Positions 57,993 to 64,000 of a stretch of 64,000 nt of DNA are shown one piece after another. The notes below the pieces were generated by a model, which saw only the letters and a list, made by a program, of their open reading frames with translations, did no database searches and was not told the DNA's origin. The stretch is taken from NCBI RefSeq assembly GCF_030028105.1, contig NC_092376.1, positions 87,866,733 through 87,930,732 on the forward strand, given 5' to 3'. This stretch comes from Mobula birostris. Lineage: Eukaryota. Both the position numbers and the translations under genes were made by a program. Positions within the stretch are counted from its first letter, which is position 1. The number at the start of each line of letters is the position of its first letter.

Positions 57993-58154
57993 ATAGTATC
58001 TCTTACTAACTCTTCCTTCAGTTAGTCCTGACGAAGGGTCTTGGCCTGAAACGTCGACTGTACCTCTTCCTAGAGATGCTGCCTGGCCTGCTGCATTCAC
58101 CAGCAACTTTGATGTGTGTTGCTTGAATTTCCAGCATCTGCAGAATTCCTGTTG
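57993..58154 (+). mobile_element. Young 162-bp Penelope-type insertion with 15-bp TSD
   Basis: Perfect TSD ttatagttcagtatt at 57978-57992 and 58155-58169. Confidence 0.8.
58023..58060 (+). ncRNA. Minimal type I hammerhead ribozyme motif (Penelope-associated, dimer type)
   Basis: UAGUC-CUGACGA-AGGGUCUUGGCCU-GAAAC-GUC^GACUG: stem I UAGUC/GACUG, intact core, short stem II, palindromic ACGU in place of stem III. Confidence 0.75.
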
Positions 58155-58602
58155 TTATAGTTCAGTATTTCTATTTAATATGAGAGAATGTATTCAATAT
58201 ACTGCCTGAAATTTTTGTTCTTCGTATACATCCATGAAAACAGAAGGGTACCCCAAACAATGAGTGACAATAAAAAAGTTAAGATCCTAAAGCCTCCCAC
58301 ACACAAGCAGCAACACAGCATCAACTATCCCCCTGCCCCTCTTACATCAGCAGAAAGTGTCAGCACCCTTCACCCACCAAGCAAGCAATAGTAAAGCCCA
58401 CAGTAGAGACCATGATCTGCAGTACCACAAAAAAACTCATCGTTCACCCACAGGCTCTCTCTCTCTCTCACTAATAAAGGGGCAGAGAGCTGTCACATGG
58501 TGAGAGGGGAGGCTAACTAGAAAGAAACATATTGTTCTTTACGATGCTACAGTCTGTCGCATTGTGTTTTTTCACAAATTCTCCGACTCGGGAATCAGCA
58601 AC

Positions 58603-59417
58603 AGTCACGTACCCCATGATGGGTTAAAGAACCAGCAGAAATAGAAAACACTTTGGGGTCTGGTATTATTATTCACTAATACTATTTATTAGTAACTACA
58701 CAATACAGTCATATAAATTCAGATATATCAAACAGGTTAGCAAAGATTATATGTATATAAGTGTGGAAATATAAAAACCACGCTTCTTCAAGTCTAGGGG
58801 TAAATAGATATAGTCTTACAATGATGAGTAAAGTTCAGTTCAGTTCGTGGTATTGAGTTGAGTAGTGATGGAGAGAGAGAGAGAGAGTTTGAGTCTTCTG
58901 ATGAGCTGATGCCGTCGATCTTCCCGTTGTCCTCCGAAATCCTTTAGAAGTCACCGAATGTGACCACAACAAAGGGGACCGTTCTTCTGTGGTGGAATTA
59001 TCAACCCAGGAGGGGGTTGGACACACGAATAACTCCCCACCGGTCACACCTTTTCCCCACTGCGAGAGCCACTGATTGATTCTCCTGATCAATCCTCCAA
59101 AAACCCACCCTTTCTGTGGGTACAACAAAACTCATCCAGTGCCAAAATCATGTGTCTGTGGGTCTATCATCTGACCTTCTATTTATCTCACCGTGCTGAA
59201 CACCAGCTGTCCATCAAGTAGCTCCACCTTTCTCTCTCTGTAAGAACACAGAAGCTGGCTGTGTCCTTGCAAAAGACATGCTGCAGAGAAGCCATAACAC
59301 CATCTCAAAGCAATCTCCGCCTCTCTCTCTTAATAACAAGGTGTCTGTGTCGAACAACTCTCTCTCTCTTTTAAAAGCACAGTTCATAAAAAATATGACC
59401 CCCAGGGGTACATAACA
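58603..59417. mobile_element. Solo LTR, 815 bp
   Basis: 13-bp terminal inverted repeats (A/T)GTYAYGTACCCC; perfect 5-bp TSD GCAAC at 58598-58602 and 59418-59422. Confidence 0.85.
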
Positions 59418-59438
59418 GCAACAAACTTTCCCCCACCA

Positions 59439-59576
59439 NNNNNNNNNNNNNNNNNNNNNNNNNNNNNNNNNNNNNNNNNNNNNNNNNNNNNNNNNNNNNN
59501 NNNNNNNNNNNNNNNNNNNNNNNNNNNNNNNNNNNNNNNNNNNNNNNNNNNNNNNNNNNNNNNNNNNNNNNNNNNN
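59439..59576. other. Assembly gap (138 N)
   Basis: Run of N. Confidence 1.
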
Positions 59577-60501
59577 CTCCCACAATGCTTCAGTAGGCGA
59601 CACTGGCATAGAATTGGCTCGTCCCCGGAGCTGCAGAGCCTCAGCACCCCAAGGGTGTGCTCATCTTCTAGGCCACATCCTTAGGAAATCGAGAAACAGC
59701 TGGTCAGTCAGCCTGGCAATGGGAACCATCTCCATAAAGGGCTGTAGTTCATGGACTTCAAGGAACCCCATCCACCTTGAAAAGGGAAAAAAAAAACATC
59801 AATGGTAAAAATTAAGCTGTCTCTGCAGGTGAGCTTGAAGAAGCGGCTCTCTAGCGCCATCGTGGCTCTGCCAGTTAACCTGACCTCTGTGGTTGGGGAG
59901 TTGTTGGAGTCCATTATTAAGGATGAGGTTTCAGAGTATTTGGAGGTAGATAATAAAATAGGCTAATGTCAGCATGGTTTCTTTAAGGGGAATCTTGCCT
60001 GACAAATCAGTTGGAATTCTTTGAGGAAATAACAGGGCAAGATAGACAAAGGAGAGTCAGTAGATATTGTTCACTTGGATTTTGAGAAGCCTTTGACAAG
60101 GTGCTACACATAAGGCTGCTAAACAAGATACAGTAAGATTCCATAGTATTAGAGGAAAGATACCAGCATGGATAGAAGATTGGCTGACTGGTAGAAGGCC
60201 AAGAGTGGGAATAAAGGGAGCCATTTTTTTTGGTTGGCTCCTGGTGACTAGTTATGTTTTGCAGGAGTTCCCTTTTAGATCAGAGATGAGGAGGACTACC
60301 TTTAACCAGGGGCTATGAATTAGTGGATTTCATTGCCACTGGTGGCTGTGGTGGCCAAGACAAAGTGGAAGTTGATAGGTTCTTGATTATTAATGGACTC
60401 AAAGGTTCTGTGGAAAAGACAGCGGAATGGGGTTAAGAGGGATAATAAATCACCTTGATGGAATGGTAGAGCAGACTCGATGGGCCGAATGGCCTAATTC
60501 T

Positions 60502-60619
60502 CTAATACATGGAGCTTAGAAAAATAGGGGGCTATGGGTAAAGCCTAGGTAGTTCTAAGGTAGGGACATGTTTGGCACAGCTTTGTGGGCCGAAGGGCCT
60601 GTATTGTGCTGTGTGTTTT
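60502..60619 (+). mobile_element. Short CR1 3' end inserted into another CR1 tail
   Basis: 8-bp TSD ctaattct at 60494-60501 and 60620-60627; gtgggccgaagggcctgtattgtgctg. Confidence 0.75.
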
Positions 60620-61329
60620 CTAATTCTGCCTCTCTGTCTTATGGTTTTATTCTGTTAACTTGAGTTTGTCCATTGATTTCTTCACCATCGCAAGCTTAAA
60701 ACACAGAAAGCATATAGAGTATATAGTTCCTTAGTGGAGGCCTGAATCCTCTTCACTGTCTGTCATCATCATCCTCTCCAGATTTACACATGAATAAAAT
60801 CCAAATTGACTGAGTAAAATGTGAAGTGCAAAAGTGATCCTAATACAAACCAGGCTAGCTCCTCATCTTTACAGTAGCTATCAACCTTGATATCAATGAA
60901 ATGCGTAGGTCATTAAGTGTTCGGGTAAAGGTAGGACATCTCCTGAATTGTTTATCCAAATCCCTTGGTTTCTAGTTTGGGAAGATAAGCATTGCACACG
61001 ACTGCTATAACCACCCAGCCGAATGATGTGATCTGTTTTGTGTATGACAATGACATGTGCTTCCCAACTGTTGTTTCCACTGACATGCACTGCATGTTCA
61101 GCTTGTTAAAGTCATGCTCTACCTGAGACTTCAAAACCCGTGAGGTTTATATGTCTGTAGAAAACCAGTCTGGTATTTGACCATATGGCTATGAGATCTT
61201 AGTAACCATAAATCCATAAATAAAACAGTTTCAACAGCAAGGGTGTTTTATATCTCACAGTTCCAGCCATTCTTCTCTGTTTTGATTCATGTCTTCCTAT
61301 TTACATTCTTCCAGTTAGAGTGGTTGCCA

Positions 61330-61560
61330 TAAACAAACCTTCACTTTCCTCCCTTGGCTGGCATCACCACTTTTTTGATTTCCACTTGATATCAGATATT
61401 TTATTTGTTCACTACTCCCATTCTATTTCTCTGCATTCAGTTTCTAACTTTTCGTAGTTCTGATTAAAGGTTCTTCATCTGAAGTGTCATTTCTATTTCT
61501 CTCTCCGTAGTTGCTGCTTGACCTGCTGAGTACTTCTTAAACACTCTGTTTTTATTCCAT
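61330..61560 (+). mobile_element. Degenerate Penelope-type repeat
   Basis: gttctgattaaaggttcttcatctgaagtgtc...gctgcttgacctgctgagtac. Confidence 0.5.
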
Positions 61561-64000
61561 AGAAGTAGCTTTCCTGCACATTCATTCAAATGTTAGATCA
61601 TGAGTATTTAATAATGTGGATTAAATGTTTTCAAAAGTTTGTTCATGCACACATTTTTCTTGTGGTAATGTAATCCAGGGAAGTAGTAAGAGTATAATGC
61701 CTCAACGGATTCTTTAGAATGACTTTTGAATCATTGAAAGTCTTTTTTGATCTTGAGCTCCTGGTTGCAAGTTTATAACTTTCCAAATTTTATGATGGTG
61801 TTGGGTTGAAATTATTTGCAATCTTTTCATTACTTCAGCAAATGAGACATCTATTTTTAAGGGTGGATGTAATTTTTCCAATATTGTATATGTATCTTAT
61901 TTATATAATAAGGTTGTTTTCTGACATTCATGTATTGCCGAATTCTACACAAACCTTTGCCTTCATCCTTTATTTCAACATTTCAATAAGCCTTAATAGG
62001 AGATTAAACAAAGTGTGTCCAAGTCTTTTGGATACCTTTCTCCAGCATCCAACACACACATGCCAAACATAGCTGACCAAGCTGATTCTAATGATCAGGT
62101 ATTCAGATGTTAATATGAATGGCCAAATGTGATAGCAATAAGGGAGTTCAACAAGAGAATCTTGAAAACATGAATGAGCTGTAGAGGTGAAAAGGTCGGC
62201 AATGGAAAATTCTGGAATGCAGTACATATGGCTGGATCCATGTTTGCTAATGCAAGTTTGAAGGAAGTCAGGATGCACAGGAATGAGGACAGAATGAATA
62301 CAAACCGTTGATCTGGAAAGACAGAGATGTTGTAGTTTTTGTAAAGGTTCTGTAAGTCAATGAAAGTTTCATTGGTCCTGCTCCAAAACATTTTGTACCA
62401 AAATGTGGTGAACAGCAAAATAGGCTGAACAATCAAAGGCATGATGCACAAAAGAGAACAGCATAGTCACAAGTCCAGGTCTCAGGGGAGGGTGATCCAG
62501 GAGTGGGTGGAAGGTCAGGGAATCAGTTGGAGCGTGAACTACTGAGAAGCACTATATATTGTAGGAGGTGGGTGGGCAGAGCTTCATCGTACCTGACACA
62601 AGTTCCCGGTACCAAGCGACCTAGCAATCCTCTCCAGGTAACGACAAAGGAAGCCCATCAAAAGCTGTTCGGACCTGTCACTGCATGAATGTTCTAGCTC
62701 TCTGTGATGCACACTGACATGAACTACCACGGGTGGAATGGCGTTCACAGGTGCACCTCATGCCTTTGGATGCCTCTGTGCATTCATCAGGTGCTCAGAC
62801 AAACCCAAATTAAAATCTTCAGCTTTGAACAATAACTTTCTCTTTCCTTTGTCAATGATTTCTTCACTGAATGATGGCTAAAAGTATTTCACTATTCAAA
62901 CTAATTTCCAGGTCAGAAAAGGGGAAATCCATTGAATAATTAGAACTTAACAATAGGAATTTTGAAATAAAGCATTGTTATAGGAGTGATCAGGGCTAGA
63001 TCCAGGGCTAATGCTTGAGAAATAGTTCATTTGAACAGCTGAGTCTTGAAGGATTATGAGTTCAAGGATGATGCTCTTCATGGTCCAAGCAGCAGATCTC
63101 TTCAGCTTTGAGAATAATGAATAATATTGTAGTGTGTGTGTGCATAGATTATGAGAATAAATTATACTTTGAATTGCACTGCTGAAAGCAATTATTACGA
63201 GGTCTGCTTCATTCAATCCCCAATACAGGTTTGCATATCAAGCCAAACTGCTTTACTAGATCACAGATTCAAAGAGATAAATACAAACCAATATAGTTTG
63301 TTACTGACTTACAGAAAAATAGAGACAGTGAGCGAGAGAGAGATGACAAACAGAGGCAAGTAGGTAAAGCAAATGTATATGAGTGCACAAGACAGCAAGA
63401 GAACCAGAAATGAAGGAAAGGAGAATGTGAGGGATGATGGAGGTAAAGGGGAGAGTGAGTGAGGTGGAAATAAAGAGACTTCAACTTTATTGATTTGTTT
63501 TGGCATTGAGACTAAGCTGTGGAGGTGAATGGATAATTATCCAGCTCACTGCACTCCTTGCTCATCCTGGGAAAGGGACTAGAAAGCTGAAACAAGTGTC
63601 TGTTGCTGCTAAGTTAAGAAAGGAAGATAGAACTGGTCTTCTCTTTTCTTCCTTTGGTGGGCCAAAGGACATTTCCCATTTCCATCACAAGCCTCCTCCG
63701 ACTCAGAGACCATCTTGGTGGGATGCTATTTCAATTTTTCGTTGTTTAGGTTCAGATAGGATGAACTGTAATCAATTCCCTATATTTATATAAAGGTGAC
63801 CCAAAACATTTCAGGTGCAGTAAGATATTACAATATTTGTTCATAGATATGTTGAAATTTGGTCATATCACGGGGGGAGGTCAGTTTCAAAGATATGTGC
63901 AAATCTGAGAAATCTGATTCACCATCCCAAGTGGAAGAATGTAAAAACGATCAGAGTTTCTGCTAAAGGAAGTAAATTATCTACGTAACTGATATACCAC

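Larger units (their letters stand above)
58160..59865 (-). mobile_element. Non-autonomous Rex1-type retroposon, containing a solo LTR and an assembly gap
   Basis: 5' ccacgatggcgc start at 59865; tail aatttcaggcagtatattgaatacat...attaaatagaaatactgaac, similar to 39045-39660. Confidence 0.65.
57050..60650 (+). mobile_element. CR1 ORF2/3' remnant split by a stack of nested insertions
   Basis: LNKYFVSVFT...DKSPGPEG...PED-KIAN-TPLFKKG breaks at about 57983 and resumes at about 59870 (PVNLTSVVG); CR1 tail at 60440-60650. Confidence 0.85.

Noticed and set aside
59214-59647. ORFs containing X runs
   Set aside because: They span the assembly gap.
62460-62820. GC-richer patch with TATA-like ctatatat and donor-like CAG|GTAACG
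   Set aside because: No supporting ORF or recognisable promoter architecture; could be an old repeat.

Overview
Eukaryotic, AT-rich, repeat-dense genomic DNA, almost certainly from a cartilaginous fish and probably a batoid ray (inferred from the CR1, V-SINE and Penelope-type repeats). It looks intronic or intergenic: there is no intact multi-exon gene, only one credible + strand exon (5033-5231) and weaker candidates. Much of the window is transposable elements: many CR1 LINEs (one full length with an esterase ORF1, 40449-44620), a near full-length Rex1/Babar LINE nested in a CR1 (18094-21370), non-autonomous Rex1-type derivatives, a Nimb/I-group LINE with RNase H inserted at the tip of a solo LTR, RLE-type HERO and R4/Dong fragments, Penelope-derived pieces, two solo LTRs with 5-bp TSDs, tRNA-derived SINEs, a Harbinger element and a mariner fold-back. 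The most interesting signals are in RNA structure. (1) The HERO 3' UTR holds every hammerhead-ribozyme core nucleotide in a non-circularly permuted, pseudoknotted order (34460-34577). (2) The Rex1 LINE and up to three sequence-divergent non-autonomous relatives each show 5'UTR-3'UTR complementarity next to the 3' stem-loop, suggesting a shared RNA panhandle. (3) An intact minimal dimer-type hammerhead lies in a TSD-flanked Penelope-type insertion (58023-58060). All calls were made by eye without database searches, and boundaries of old repeats are approximate.
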